The notes beneath the pieces were generated by a model. That model searched no databases and was not told the origin of the DNA. It worked only from the letters and a program-made list of their open reading frames with translations. This document shows, piece by piece, positions 36,233 through 45,952 of a stretch of 64,000 nucleotides of DNA. Origin of the DNA: a bacterium (GTDB lineage: Bacteria; Patescibacteriota; Minisyncoccia; Phycocordibacterales; UBA5272); contig JAHFNB010000001.1 in the NCBI GenBank assembly GCA_023267595.1, forward strand, positions 94,590-158,589. The letters run 5' to 3'. Position 1 is the first letter of the stretch. Each line of letters starts with the position of its first letter. The position numbers and the translations under genes were made by a program.

Positions 36233-37791
36233 GTGAGGTGGTCGTGGAGATACTGTGTAGTTACAGATAATTTCTTGTTAGGGTTAAAAATCATATGAGG
36301 GTCCCATGCACTTTTTATTCTCATAAAGAGTTCACGCATAGATTCATTGTAAACGTATGAAAGGTATGGAGTACGAGCAAGACCTTCTCCACCTACTGCA
36401 CTAATACCGCCTCTATGTTTTTTTACGCACGAAAAAATAGTTTCATTGTAGACACGGATGTCATCACTTAAGGTGGAAGATTTTTTATCAAAAAGTGTGA
36501 TGATACGTATATGTCCACTCCCTGCATTTCCTGTGATGGTATATAATCTGCCAGAATGTGATAAGTATGTATCTAATTCATTAAGTACAACTCCATAATG
36601 ATGAAGTGGAACAATAATACCATCTCCTGTTGTTATAGGGATGTGAGTACCACCAGTGTATGCATCACACAAAGATACACAAAAAGAGAGTGTCGCAATA
36701 TGTTCACTATAGAGTGTGTCATCACGATGTGTAATAAGTTCTTCTTTGATAGGAAGTGCACGGATAAATGTGCGTACTTTTGAATGTACTTTTTCTTTGT
36801 CTGTATCACGATGTGTTATAAGGAGTGTGTAAGGTGTATCAATAGATATAGGAATAAGTCCTGCGTGGTATTTGTTTGCTAGATCTTTGAATGTTGAGTC
36901 ATATAAAAATATATGTTCGGCATTGTGATGTCGCGCTATTTCAAGACAAGAAGTAAGTAATGATGTATCAGTAACAGGAATCAATGTTGTAACAGAATGT
37001 TCTTTGTAAGGGGACAAACGTAGTGTAACTGAAGTGATAATGCCAAGTGTCCCTTCAGAGCCAACGAGTTCATCAAGAAGTTGTCTAGGGCCAATAGTTG
37101 TATTCCATAGGCTATATCCCGTAGCGTCATCTGCCATTTCTGGTTTTGCAGCGCGAAGTATTGGACCGCCTTCGGTAAGAATTGGAAAGACGGCTTGATA
37201 AATACCTAGTAGTCGTCCACTTGGGGTTATGCCATCTGCTATTCTGTGTTCTTCCCCAGTATCAACAACAACAGTGAGTGCTTCTACCCATTCACGTATT
37301 GTTCCATGATGAAATGACGAAGGTGTAGCACTTTTTGTTGCAAGTAAACCACCAAGAGTTGCCAGTTCATCATCGTGAGTAAGAGCAGGAACATCAACGT
37401 GCCAACCATGTAATTTTTCACGTAATGTTTTAATAGAAACTCCTGCATCGACGGTAATAGTATGTTCCATCATGTTGATTTGCCGAATATGCGTGAAGTA
37501 CCGTGTCAAATCAATAATAATTCCTTCACCTAATGATCCACCATTTCGAGATGTGCCACCACCTCGAACAGTAATAGGCATTCGGTATTCTCGTGCAAAT
37601 GAGACGATATATTTAATATCGGTGGCATTTTTAGGGTACAGTATTGCTTGTGGATATACACGATAAGGTGAACCATCTGTACTGTAATCAGTTATTGCTC
37701 TTCCTGTACAGTCAATATCTCCAGTAAGTAATTGGGCAAGATCTGCAAAAAGCGGTGGAACTCCAGAGAGAATACTAGATACCGTTCGCAT
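36229..37791 (-). CDS. FAD-binding (PCMH-type) oxidoreductase, GlcD/D-lactate dehydrogenase-like
   Basis: FAD_binding_4-like N-terminal region (RGGGTSRNGGSLGEG). 520 aa. Confidence 0.75.
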   Translation of the reverse strand: MRTVSSILSGVPPLFADLAQLLTGDIDCTGRAITDYSTDGSPYRVYPQAILYPKNATDIKYIVSFAREYRMPITVRGGGTSRNGGSLGEGIIIDLTRYFTHIRQINMMEHTITVDAGVSIKTLREKLHGWHVDVPALTHDDELATLGGLLATKSATPSSFHHGTIREWVEALTVVVDTGEEHRIADGITPSGRLLGIYQAVFPILTEGGPILRAAKPEMADDATGYSLWNTTIGPRQLLDELVGSEGTLGIITSVTLRLSPYKEHSVTTLIPVTDTSLLTSCLEIARHHNAEHIFLYDSTFKDLANKYHAGLIPISIDTPYTLLITHRDTDKEKVHSKVRTFIRALPIKEELITHRDDTLYSEHIATLSFCVSLCDAYTGGTHIPITTGDGIIVPLHHYGVVLNELDTYLSHSGRLYTITGNAGSGHIRIITLFDKKSSTLSDDIRVYNETIFSCVKKHRGGISAVGGEGLARTPYLSYVYNESMRELFMRIKSAWDPHMIFNPNKKLSVTTQYLHDHLT

Positions 37792-38099
37792 AAATGCTTT
37801 TACCGTTTTGGTAGATTAGAAAAATAACTACTGAAAGAGCAATAAGGACGCACACAGAAAGAATAATAGTACGAATAGCAGGGTACACATTTGTATCGGT
37901 ATGATATGAATTCCTACTCTTATTTTCTTCTGTAGTTTCTGTTATGTTAATTTCAGGTTGTGTGTCCATAGGTATGTATAGTATAGCGTGATTTTATCGT
38001 TTATATTGTGCGGTTCTATCCACAGTAAAATGAATCTTAAACTGCGCTATACTAGGGACACACAATAGTAACTTATTAACTTATTTATTTACGAATTTT

Positions 38100-40127
38100 A
38101 TGAAACTACTCGCATCTGTTTTTAATCGACTTTATCAGTATGCAACAATATGTATTGTTATCGGGTCTCCTCTGTTTTTTATCCCTGGGACACCATTTAC
38201 TCCAGAAGCAACATATTTCATAACGATGACGTTATTAATTGCACTTGCACTTGTTTCTTACGTTATTTCTGCAAGTATTACCAAGTCATGGCATAGTGTT
38301 TCCAAACTTGAATTCCTATCATATTTCGCATTTGTGATAGCCCTTGTTCTTTCTGTTATATTTGCACAGGATCCACGTCTAGCATTCTTTGGAGATTTAT
38401 TTACTCCATTTTCTGCTGCATCACTCATGTCATTGCCTGCAGTTATGTATCTTGTACGTACTCTCCCTGAAGGAACACGCCAAAAACTTAAGTATATTAT
38501 TGTCGTTATCTTAGGTGTTTCTGCGTTTGTATTTGTAACAGCACTTATGTTTACTGGAAAAATAATAGGAGTAACAAGTCAACTCTTCTCAGGATTTACA
38601 AGTACTCTTTCTTTCGGTGCTTACATTGGACTTTTTGTGATAGCATGTTTCTTTTTTGTACGTAAGATTGAAGTTTCAAAGAAATATAAAGTGGCTATTC
38701 TTACAACTGCAATTCTATTTTCTGCTTGGATAGTTTCACTCTCATCTCAAAATGATGTACGTCCAAATATGGCAAGTACATTCTTTGTCGGTAAGAATGT
38801 ACTCATGCATGATGGAGTATTTGGTATTGGCGCAGGAAATTTTAGTCGAGCATGGCAGTTGTATCGTCCACAAAGTGTTGTCGCGTCACAATATTTTGGG
38901 TATGACTTCAATCAAGGGTCAGATACAGTGACAACATTTTTTGTAACGATTGGAATACTTGGTGTTCTTGCATTTCTAGCACTTGTACTCTCTGCACTGT
39001 ATAGTACCTACCTTAGTTATCGTCAATCAACACGTGGTACGCATGAACATGCAATACTAGGGTTTCTCACACTCATTCTTGTGTACCTATCATTAGTTGC
39101 ATGGACTATACCGCTTTCATTTGCGATGCTTGTCGTATGGATGGTAATCTCTGGTCTTGGTCTGGCAAAAGCACGATTAACTGAATTTCATCCAAGTAAG
39201 AAACTTGCGATACTCATGGTTCCTCTGGCCATTGCACTTCTTGTTAATGGGTATGTAGTTATACAAAAAGTACGAGCCTATACGGTATTTGCAAAAGCAG
39301 CAGCATTAACAAAACCAGAAGAAGCAATACCACTTTTTGCAAAAGCAAATGCCTTGTATCGTTTCGACGGGTTCTATCGTGCACAAGTTGAATATACTAT
39401 TGCTGCAAATCGTGCACTTGTTTCAAATACTACATTAAGTCAAGATGAATTAAAGAGTAAGTACATTATGTATGCATCATCATCAATTGATTCAGGATTA
39501 TCTGCAGTTGCTGCTAATCGTAACAATTATCAAAATTATGTTTCACTTGGACGAGCATATGAACTTATTATTCCATTCAATAAAGATGAAGGGTATAATC
39601 CTGCAAAAAAAGCATATGAAGAAGCAGTAAAATTATATCCAGAAAATCCTTATCTTTATGTAATGCTTGCACGTCTTGAAGCATCAGTTGGTTCAAAAGA
39701 GGGAGTTCGTACACAGTTAACAGAAGCATTGAAAAAGAAACAGAATTTTGCGGATGCACTGTATCTTATGAGTCAACTTGAAGCATCTGATAATCAAGTA
39801 GATGAGGCATTAAACTATGCAATCGAAGCAGTGAAGAATGCACCAAATGACCCATTAACGTATATTCAAGCAGGACTTCTCTATTATGGTAAGAAAGATT
39901 ATCAAAATGCAGTAAGTGCGCTTAATACTGCACTTGAAAAAGATCCAAATAATGCAAATGTTGCATATTTCCTCGCATTATCACTTCGTGATGGTGGGCG
40001 ACCAGATCTTGCAAAACAAATCGCAGATGAATTACTTAAACGAAATCCTGATAATGAAGATTTAAAGACATTTATTAAATCTCTTGAACCAGTAGCAAAC
40101 GACACAACAAAGAAAGGTAAAAAATAA
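38100..40127 (+). CDS. O-antigen ligase (Wzy_C)-like polytopic membrane protein fused to C-terminal TPR repeats
   Basis: At least 10 TM helices. HDGVFGIGAGNFSRAW is Wzy_C-like. C-terminal TPR-like repeats (AYELIIPFNKDEGYNPAKKAYEEAVKLYPENPY...). Confidence 0.65.
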   Translation: MKLLASVFNRLYQYATICIVIGSPLFFIPGTPFTPEATYFITMTLLIALALVSYVISASITKSWHSVSKLEFLSYFAFVIALVLSVIFAQDPRLAFFGDLFTPFSAASLMSLPAVMYLVRTLPEGTRQKLKYIIVVILGVSAFVFVTALMFTGKIIGVTSQLFSGFTSTLSFGAYIGLFVIACFFFVRKIEVSKKYKVAILTTAILFSAWIVSLSSQNDVRPNMASTFFVGKNVLMHDGVFGIGAGNFSRAWQLYRPQSVVASQYFGYDFNQGSDTVTTFFVTIGILGVLAFLALVLSALYSTYLSYRQSTRGTHEHAILGFLTLILVYLSLVAWTIPLSFAMLVVWMVISGLGLAKARLTEFHPSKKLAILMVPLAIALLVNGYVVIQKVRAYTVFAKAAALTKPEEAIPLFAKANALYRFDGFYRAQVEYTIAANRALVSNTTLSQDELKSKYIMYASSSIDSGLSAVAANRNNYQNYVSLGRAYELIIPFNKDEGYNPAKKAYEEAVKLYPENPYLYVMLARLEASVGSKEGVRTQLTEALKKKQNFADALYLMSQLEASDNQVDEALNYAIEAVKNAPNDPLTYIQAGLLYYGKKDYQNAVSALNTALEKDPNNANVAYFLALSLRDGGRPDLAKQIADELLKRNPDNEDLKTFIKSLEPVANDTTKKGKK

Positions 40128-40837
40128 TGACCATACATGAGATACAAAGTACATTAGATACACTTCGTGCACGTCACCCTTATTTGGATGAAGCATTACT
40201 AAGTACCCTTCTTTCCTCTGGTGGTTGGGATGAACAATCTATACGTGAAGCAATAACACTCTTTCGAAGTGGTAAAGAACGTACAGATACATTACTTCCA
40301 GAAATGGCAGATACACACCATATGCTTACGGAGCATAATGATAGTACACAACCATTTGTAGAAATCCCACAAGAAAAAGAAATTATACAAGAGGTGGTAC
40401 CAGAAGTGGTTAAGATCTCAGAAGAAATACCAGAAGAGACTATTATTTCAGAAGTAGTAGAACCAGAAATGCCACATGTGATTGAACAACAAGAACCAGA
40501 AGTCCCGCAAGTGGAACCTCAGTCACTTATTGTTGAAGAACTACCGAATATACCCAAAGTACAAGGAGAACCTCCACATAATTTACCGGTGCGACCATTT
40601 GAAAGTACTCCACATGTCTGGCCTTTTTCTCGATATAAAGATGTATTTTATGGAGAAGTAATGCCAAAACTCTCAGTGCCAGAACATGTGGAAGCAGAAA
40701 AACAAAAAGTAGAGCACATTCATGTGGAACCAGTACCTCTTACCAAGAAAGATGAGAAATTAATAGTACTTGCAAGTACTATGCTACTGATTATCATACT
40801 ATTGTTAGTCTATATGTATAGTAATGGTCGTTTATAG
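40127..40837 (+). CDS. Hypothetical acidic Glu/Pro/Val-repeat protein with C-terminal TM anchor
   Basis: EVVPEVVKISEEIPEETIISEVVEPEMPHVIEQQEPEVPQVEPQ low-complexity region. C-terminal LIVLASTMLLIIILLLVYMY. Confidence 0.5.
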   Translation: MTIHEIQSTLDTLRARHPYLDEALLSTLLSSGGWDEQSIREAITLFRSGKERTDTLLPEMADTHHMLTEHNDSTQPFVEIPQEKEIIQEVVPEVVKISEEIPEETIISEVVEPEMPHVIEQQEPEVPQVEPQSLIVEELPNIPKVQGEPPHNLPVRPFESTPHVWPFSRYKDVFYGEVMPKLSVPEHVEAEKQKVEHIHVEPVPLTKKDEKLIVLASTMLLIIILLLVYMYSNGRL

Positions 40838-40888
40838 TAACAAAATCAGACTTGTTTATATTTAGTAAGTAAGGTAAAGTTTATATAT

Positions 40889-41686
40889 ATGGAACCAAAT
40901 CAAAATCAAACAGGAAATTATAAAAAATATATGTGGATGTCAGGGACGCTCACCCTTGTATGTATTGCTTTTGCAGCATTTGCAATGGGGCTTACCGACA
41001 TTAAGTCATGGAAGCATCCGACAGGACAAGTCGCATCTATCACCGTTAGTGGAGAAGGTGAAGTAACGGCATTACCAGATATCGCAACAATTACCGTAAC
41101 AATACGAGAAGAGGGAAAAACAGTTCCTGAAGTACAAAAATTAGTAGAAAAGAAAGTAAGTGATGCTCTTGCATCTATCGCATCACTTGCAATTGATAAA
41201 AAAGATATTAAAACACTTTCATATACAGTAAATCCAAAGTATGAAACACAAACGATCTATTGTATTACAGTTCCTTGTCCACAAGGGAAGACAAAAATAG
41301 TTGGGTATGAGGCTAGTGAAACAATACAAATTAAAGTTCGCAAAATTGAGTTCGCAGGAGATGTTCTTGGAATGTTAGGATCTGCAAATATTACTGAAAT
41401 ATCAGGACCAGATTTTACTGTTGATGATATAGAAAAAGTAAAAGACGAGGCAAAGGGAAAAGCAATAGCAGAAGCAAAAGTACGGGCAAAAGCAACAGCA
41501 AAATCCCTTGGTGTCTCATTAGGAAGTATTATTCAATACAGTGAAGATAACGGTGGTTATTATCCAACTATGTATTCATATGGATTAGGTGGTGCAATGA
41601 AAGCAGAAAGTTTAGATAGAGTCACTATTCCACAAGGGGAGAATGTTATAAAGTCTCGTGTGACGATTACCTACTCTTTGGATTGA
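40889..41686 (+). CDS. SIMPL-domain (DUF541) protein
   Basis: N-terminal TM, then ITVSGEGEVTALPDIATITVTIREEGKTV, which is typical of SIMPL. Confidence 0.7.
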   Translation: MEPNQNQTGNYKKYMWMSGTLTLVCIAFAAFAMGLTDIKSWKHPTGQVASITVSGEGEVTALPDIATITVTIREEGKTVPEVQKLVEKKVSDALASIASLAIDKKDIKTLSYTVNPKYETQTIYCITVPCPQGKTKIVGYEASETIQIKVRKIEFAGDVLGMLGSANITEISGPDFTVDDIEKVKDEAKGKAIAEAKVRAKATAKSLGVSLGSIIQYSEDNGGYYPTMYSYGLGGAMKAESLDRVTIPQGENVIKSRVTITYSLD

Positions 41687-41839
41687 GTTCTTTCTAGAAA
41701 CAACTTAGCAACAAGGGAAATAAAAGAGCAACATCAATTGATGTTGCTCTTTTATTGACAATACGTAGAGACTCTAGTATAATAGATATATCAATGCCCT
41801 CGGGGGCGTTTTTTAGAATAAACCAAACATATAGTATTT

Positions 41840-42022
41840 ATGAACCTCATTCAATATCTTAAGGAAACACAAGCAGAACTTAAAGAAGTTACATTTCCTA
41901 CTACATCACAAACAGTTATCTATACTGTTGCCGTAGTTCTTATCTCGGTTGTTGTTGCAGTAGTACTCGGCGGACTAGATCTTTCACTTCGTGAAGGACT
42001 CACTCGATTACTTGCTCGTTAA
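41840..42022 (+). CDS. secE: Preprotein translocase subunit SecE
   Basis: 60 aa. YLKETQAELKEVTFPT plus a single TM. Sits upstream of nusG. Confidence 0.8.
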   Translation: MNLIQYLKETQAELKEVTFPTTSQTVIYTVAVVLISVVVAVVLGGLDLSLREGLTRLLAR

Positions 42023-42045
42023 TTTACTCACTTAATTTTATTTTT

Positions 42046-42591
42046 ATGGCAAAACAGGAATTTACCGGAGAACGTCATTGGTATGCGATTCATACCTATA
42101 GTGGATATGAAAATGCGGTACAACGTAATTTAAAACAGCGTATAGAATCTCTCGGCATGGAGAATAAGATTTTTGCCGTTGTTGTACCACTTGAAAAGAA
42201 GATTAAAGTAAAAGGGACAAAGCGTGTTGAAGTAGAAGAAAAGATTTACCCTGGGTATGTTCTTGTAGATATGATTGTGGATGATAATAGTTGGTATGTT
42301 GTTCGTAACACTCCTCGTGTTACTGGTTTCGTGGGGGCAGGGACAACTCCAGTGCCACTTACACAAGCAGAAATTGATTTTCTTTTCAGTCGTATGAATA
42401 CTGGTGAAGTAGAACATGATATTAGTATCGCAGTTGGTGAATTAGTAGCAATTACTGATGGACCATTTAAGGATTTTGAAGGAAAAGTAGGAGAAGTAGA
42501 TAAGCAACGTGGAAAGTTAAAAGTGCTTGTAAATATGTTTGGAAGAGAGACTCCAGTTGAACTTGATTTCTTGCAAATCAAGAAAATTTAA
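42046..42591 (+). CDS. nusG: Transcription termination/antitermination factor NusG
   Basis: NGN domain (WYAIHTYSGYENAV). KOW (KVLVNMFGRETPVELDFLQI). Confidence 0.9.
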   Translation: MAKQEFTGERHWYAIHTYSGYENAVQRNLKQRIESLGMENKIFAVVVPLEKKIKVKGTKRVEVEEKIYPGYVLVDMIVDDNSWYVVRNTPRVTGFVGAGTTPVPLTQAEIDFLFSRMNTGEVEHDISIAVGELVAITDGPFKDFEGKVGEVDKQRGKLKVLVNMFGRETPVELDFLQIKKI

Positions 42592-42620
42592 GGTATAGTA
42601 GGCAAACTTATAAAACATTT

Positions 42621-43034
42621 ATGGCAGGCAAAAAAGTCACAAAATACGTAAAAGTTCAAATTGAAGCAGGTCGCGCTACTCCTGCTCCTCCACTTGGTCC
42701 TGCACTTGGTCAGGCTGGTGTTCAGATCGGGGACTTCGTTAATAAGTTCAATGCAGCCACAAAAGATATGCAAGGACGTCTTTCAGTAAAGATTTATGTT
42801 TATGAAGATAGAACATATGATTTTGTTATCAAGACTCCAACAGCATCATCACTACTTTGGAAGTTATCAGGTCTTGCAAAAGGGGATTCAAAGAACGGGG
42901 CAGGAACAATTTCAAAAGATAAAGTTCGTGAAATTGCTACTATGAAATTAAAAGATCTTACTGCTCATACTGTTGAACAAGGGATGAAGATTATCGAAGG
43001 ATCTGCACGCTCTGCAGGAATCAAGGTGGTATAA
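42621..43034 (+). CDS. rplK: 50S ribosomal protein L11
   Basis: VKVQIEAGRATPAPPLGPALGQAGVQIGDFVNKFN. Confidence 0.92.
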   Translation: MAGKKVTKYVKVQIEAGRATPAPPLGPALGQAGVQIGDFVNKFNAATKDMQGRLSVKIYVYEDRTYDFVIKTPTASSLLWKLSGLAKGDSKNGAGTISKDKVREIATMKLKDLTAHTVEQGMKIIEGSARSAGIKVV

Positions 43035-43120
43035 ACTAATTAAAAATACTCGCATTCGCGAGTATTTTTAATTTATGATAGGGTAATAGGTGAATGTTCT
43101 AATAATTTTGGAGAAATCCT

Positions 43121-44239
43121 GTGAATAACACTATCGGTGTTTTTAGTCAGAATGATTTAAAGAAGATGGTTGAAAATCGTCGCTTAGTACCATGTGAGGG
43201 ATTTTCTCCCGAACATATTGGTACGGCATCCGTTGATTTGACTTCGACTGGAGAAGCATATCAACTTCGCCGGTTATTTCAACCAAGTCAAATCAAGAGT
43301 GAATCTATTCGCGATCTACTTCCTTTTATGGACCCTGAATCGAAACCCCTTGGGTCTACGCTTGAAGTTGGAAGCACAACAATAACCAAAGCAAGTCTCG
43401 AACCAAACTTTCCGCCGGGTATTTACGGATATCTGAATGCAAAATCAAGTTCTGGTAGGAATTTTCTTTTTGCAAGATCACTTGCAGATGGTCAGAACAT
43501 GTTTGATTCTGCAGATCGCCGTGAAAGGGGGTATTCCGGAGAATTATGGATCGTTATTCAACCATTAGCCTTTCCAGTTATTCTTACCAATAAGGAAAGG
43601 TATGATCAGTTGCGAGTATTTAATGGTGATACGCGATTCAAACAACAAGATCTTGATAATCTTTTGCTCAATCACGATCTTTTGTATCGTAGGGAAACTC
43701 AAGAACCATACAAACACGGTGACCTATCACTGTTTACCCACGATGGTTCCATTCTTTGTACGCTTTATGCACCTGCTCGTGAACTCATTGGGTATCGTTG
43801 TAAAAAAAATACGCCACCGGTTGATCTTACAAGGAGAGATATTGATCCCAGAGATTATTTTGAGCCGGTGTATGCCGAGGAAAAAATAGTCGATGGTAAG
43901 AAAATAAGTTTCGTTAAGGTTGAAGGGGGTTACTATTACCTTCTTTCTACAAACGAAATGATTAAAGTTCCAGAGACACACACTGCAGAATTGGTAGCGC
44001 TTGATACACGGCTTGGGTTTTTCTTTAGTCATTTTGCAGGATTTTTCGATAACGGATTTTTCGGGACCGCAACACTCGAGATTTATTCTCCGTTTACGAT
44101 TTGGCTTCGGCATAAACAACCGGTTGCACGATTTGTTTTTGAAAAACTTCGCTCGGAAGCACCGTCGTATGGTGAAAAAGGGACGTATCAGTCACAGATT
44201 GAAACACAACTCCCTAAGCAATTTCTTCCGTGGGAATGA
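43121..44239 (+). CDS. dcd: 2'-deoxycytidine 5'-triphosphate deaminase (long-form DCD family)
   Basis: GTG start with GGAG RBS. The N-terminal region resembles dCTP deaminase. 372 aa. GC-rich. Confidence 0.6.
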   Translation: MNNTIGVFSQNDLKKMVENRRLVPCEGFSPEHIGTASVDLTSTGEAYQLRRLFQPSQIKSESIRDLLPFMDPESKPLGSTLEVGSTTITKASLEPNFPPGIYGYLNAKSSSGRNFLFARSLADGQNMFDSADRRERGYSGELWIVIQPLAFPVILTNKERYDQLRVFNGDTRFKQQDLDNLLLNHDLLYRRETQEPYKHGDLSLFTHDGSILCTLYAPARELIGYRCKKNTPPVDLTRRDIDPRDYFEPVYAEEKIVDGKKISFVKVEGGYYYLLSTNEMIKVPETHTAELVALDTRLGFFFSHFAGFFDNGFFGTATLEIYSPFTIWLRHKQPVARFVFEKLRSEAPSYGEKGTYQSQIETQLPKQFLPWE

Positions 44240-44289
44240 TTATAGGCAGGACCTCAAGAGTCCTGTTTTCTTTTTGGTATAATGAACAT

Positions 44290-44709
44290 ATGAAATTATT
44301 TGTTAAAAAAATGCGTGATGATGCGAGACTGCCGACACGTGCGCATCACGATGATGCAGGTATTGATTTGTATTCATGTGGTAATCATATTGTTCATCCA
44401 CAACAGACACTTATGATTCCAATTGGAATTGCACTTGAAATAGAAGAAGGTTATGTTGGTTTAATTTGGGATAAATCAAGTATTGGATCAAAAAGTATAA
44501 AAACATTAGGTGGTGTGATAGATGCAGGGTATCGGGGAGAATTAAAAGTAATGGTGCATAATTTAAGTAATGAATCCTACACATTTGAACATGGTCATAA
44601 AGTAGCACAGATAGTAATTCAAAAAGTAGAATTTCCAGACATAGTTGATACAAAAGAATTATCGGATTCAAAACGAGGAACAGGAGGATTTGGAAGTACG
44701 GGGAAATAA
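44290..44709 (+). CDS. dut: dUTP diphosphatase (dUTPase)
   Basis: dUTPase motifs AGIDLYS, GLIWDKSSIG, GVIDAGYRGE and RGTGGFGSTG. Confidence 0.85.
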   Translation: MKLFVKKMRDDARLPTRAHHDDAGIDLYSCGNHIVHPQQTLMIPIGIALEIEEGYVGLIWDKSSIGSKSIKTLGGVIDAGYRGELKVMVHNLSNESYTFEHGHKVAQIVIQKVEFPDIVDTKELSDSKRGTGGFGSTGK

Positions 44710-44742
44710 AAAAGAGGCCATAATGCTTGTAGCCTCTTTTTG
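44708..44742. terminator. Bidirectional terminator between dut and the thyX-like gene
   Basis: aaaagaggc-cataatgcttgta-gcctctttt. Confidence 0.6.
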
Positions 44743-44752
44743 AAGTATCGAA

Positions 44753-45793
44753 CTATTCCTCAAATGCGAGGATGAAATCTACGAGAGCCTCATCACCACG
44801 ACAACCAATAAGCAGTTCCTCTCGTGAGATGAGTTTTGTGAAGTCATCTTCTGAAGGGAGTGTTTTTCGGTATTGTGTCCACACTTCGGAATAGTTACCA
44901 TTACTTCCAATAGGATCACTTTCTTCACGTGGGCGTGCTGGGTGTTCGAATGGGGACATATGGCCACTTGCTTGCAAATCGTTCGCCAGACTAACATCCT
45001 TGTCAAGTGCACGAATACCATCATGAGTTAGATAACTGGTCCGTGCACATTTTCCAGAAGAGGCTCTGGCCAAAACTAACTGGTCTTTTTCTTCTGCCTT
45101 GTCTTCTTCTCGAATGTATGGGAGATGCCATTCTCCTTTAGAAAGTTTTATAGGAGAACTGTTCATCATTGCACGTGCAATTGCAATACCGAAGTCTTGT
45201 GCTTCTGGTTGAGCCTTTGCACTCGGGCGGAGACCGAAAAAATTTCTCCAGTACGACGAAGTCACAATGACGACGTGAAAGGCGTATGTTTCCAAAACAC
45301 GATTTGCATGCTGCTTATGGAGTCCTTGGTCTTGAGATGAAAAAAACTGACCCATACCATATTTTTTTACCATCTCTTCAAGTTCTGCACAGAGTTTCTC
45401 TGCGGCCGGATTTTTTTTTGAATCCTTCAGGATCTGATCATATCCGCCGACGAGGAACATTGCTTGAATCACAGCAATATCTCTTCCGGTTAACCAGTTG
45501 GCAACTGCTTTTTTCTTGTCATTATCGGAAAGTTCCAGTTCAGCCTGCATCCCTGCCTTGTTCACTCCGAAGGAGTGAGGAATATAGGGATTTTTCAAGA
45601 CAGAAAGCAAACGTTTCCAGACAGGAATTGCACGCGAACTCGCAGAATTTCTTGCGAATTTTCTGTGTGTATTGAATTCGGCAAGATAGGGCCGAGGAAA
45701 TTCGACCTCGACAGAAGTCAAGCGAGATCTTTTATAGGAACTGTCGCAGATGATGCGAGCAGAGGCTTTCCCTTCAGTGTGAAGTTCTTGCAT
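44753..45793 (-). CDS. thyX: Flavin-dependent thymidylate synthase ThyX-like protein (atypical motif order)
   Basis: THRKFARNSASSRAI approximates RHRxxSxNxxSxRY. AQPEAQDFGIAIARAMM approximates AQxEIRxxA. A HMSPFEH motif occurs near the C-terminus rather than the N-terminus. ATG at 45793 has an AGGAG RBS. The track ORF starts at TTG 45808. Confidence 0.55.
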   Translation of the reverse strand: MQELHTEGKASARIICDSSYKRSRLTSVEVEFPRPYLAEFNTHRKFARNSASSRAIPVWKRLLSVLKNPYIPHSFGVNKAGMQAELELSDNDKKKAVANWLTGRDIAVIQAMFLVGGYDQILKDSKKNPAAEKLCAELEEMVKKYGMGQFFSSQDQGLHKQHANRVLETYAFHVVIVTSSYWRNFFGLRPSAKAQPEAQDFGIAIARAMMNSSPIKLSKGEWHLPYIREEDKAEEKDQLVLARASSGKCARTSYLTHDGIRALDKDVSLANDLQASGHMSPFEHPARPREESDPIGSNGNYSEVWTQYRKTLPSEDDFTKLISREELLIGCRGDEALVDFILAFEE

Positions 45794-45952
45794 GATTACT
45801 CCTAACAATTGGTTATTAAAAGGACTGTAGTATTAGAAACAACTTCTCAAACTCTACATGAAAACATAATGATAAGCAAATCTTGTCAAAAGTTACTTTT
45901 ATTTGTATTTGTAGTACGATATCTTGTGTAGAAGTTCATTCAATTAAGGGGA

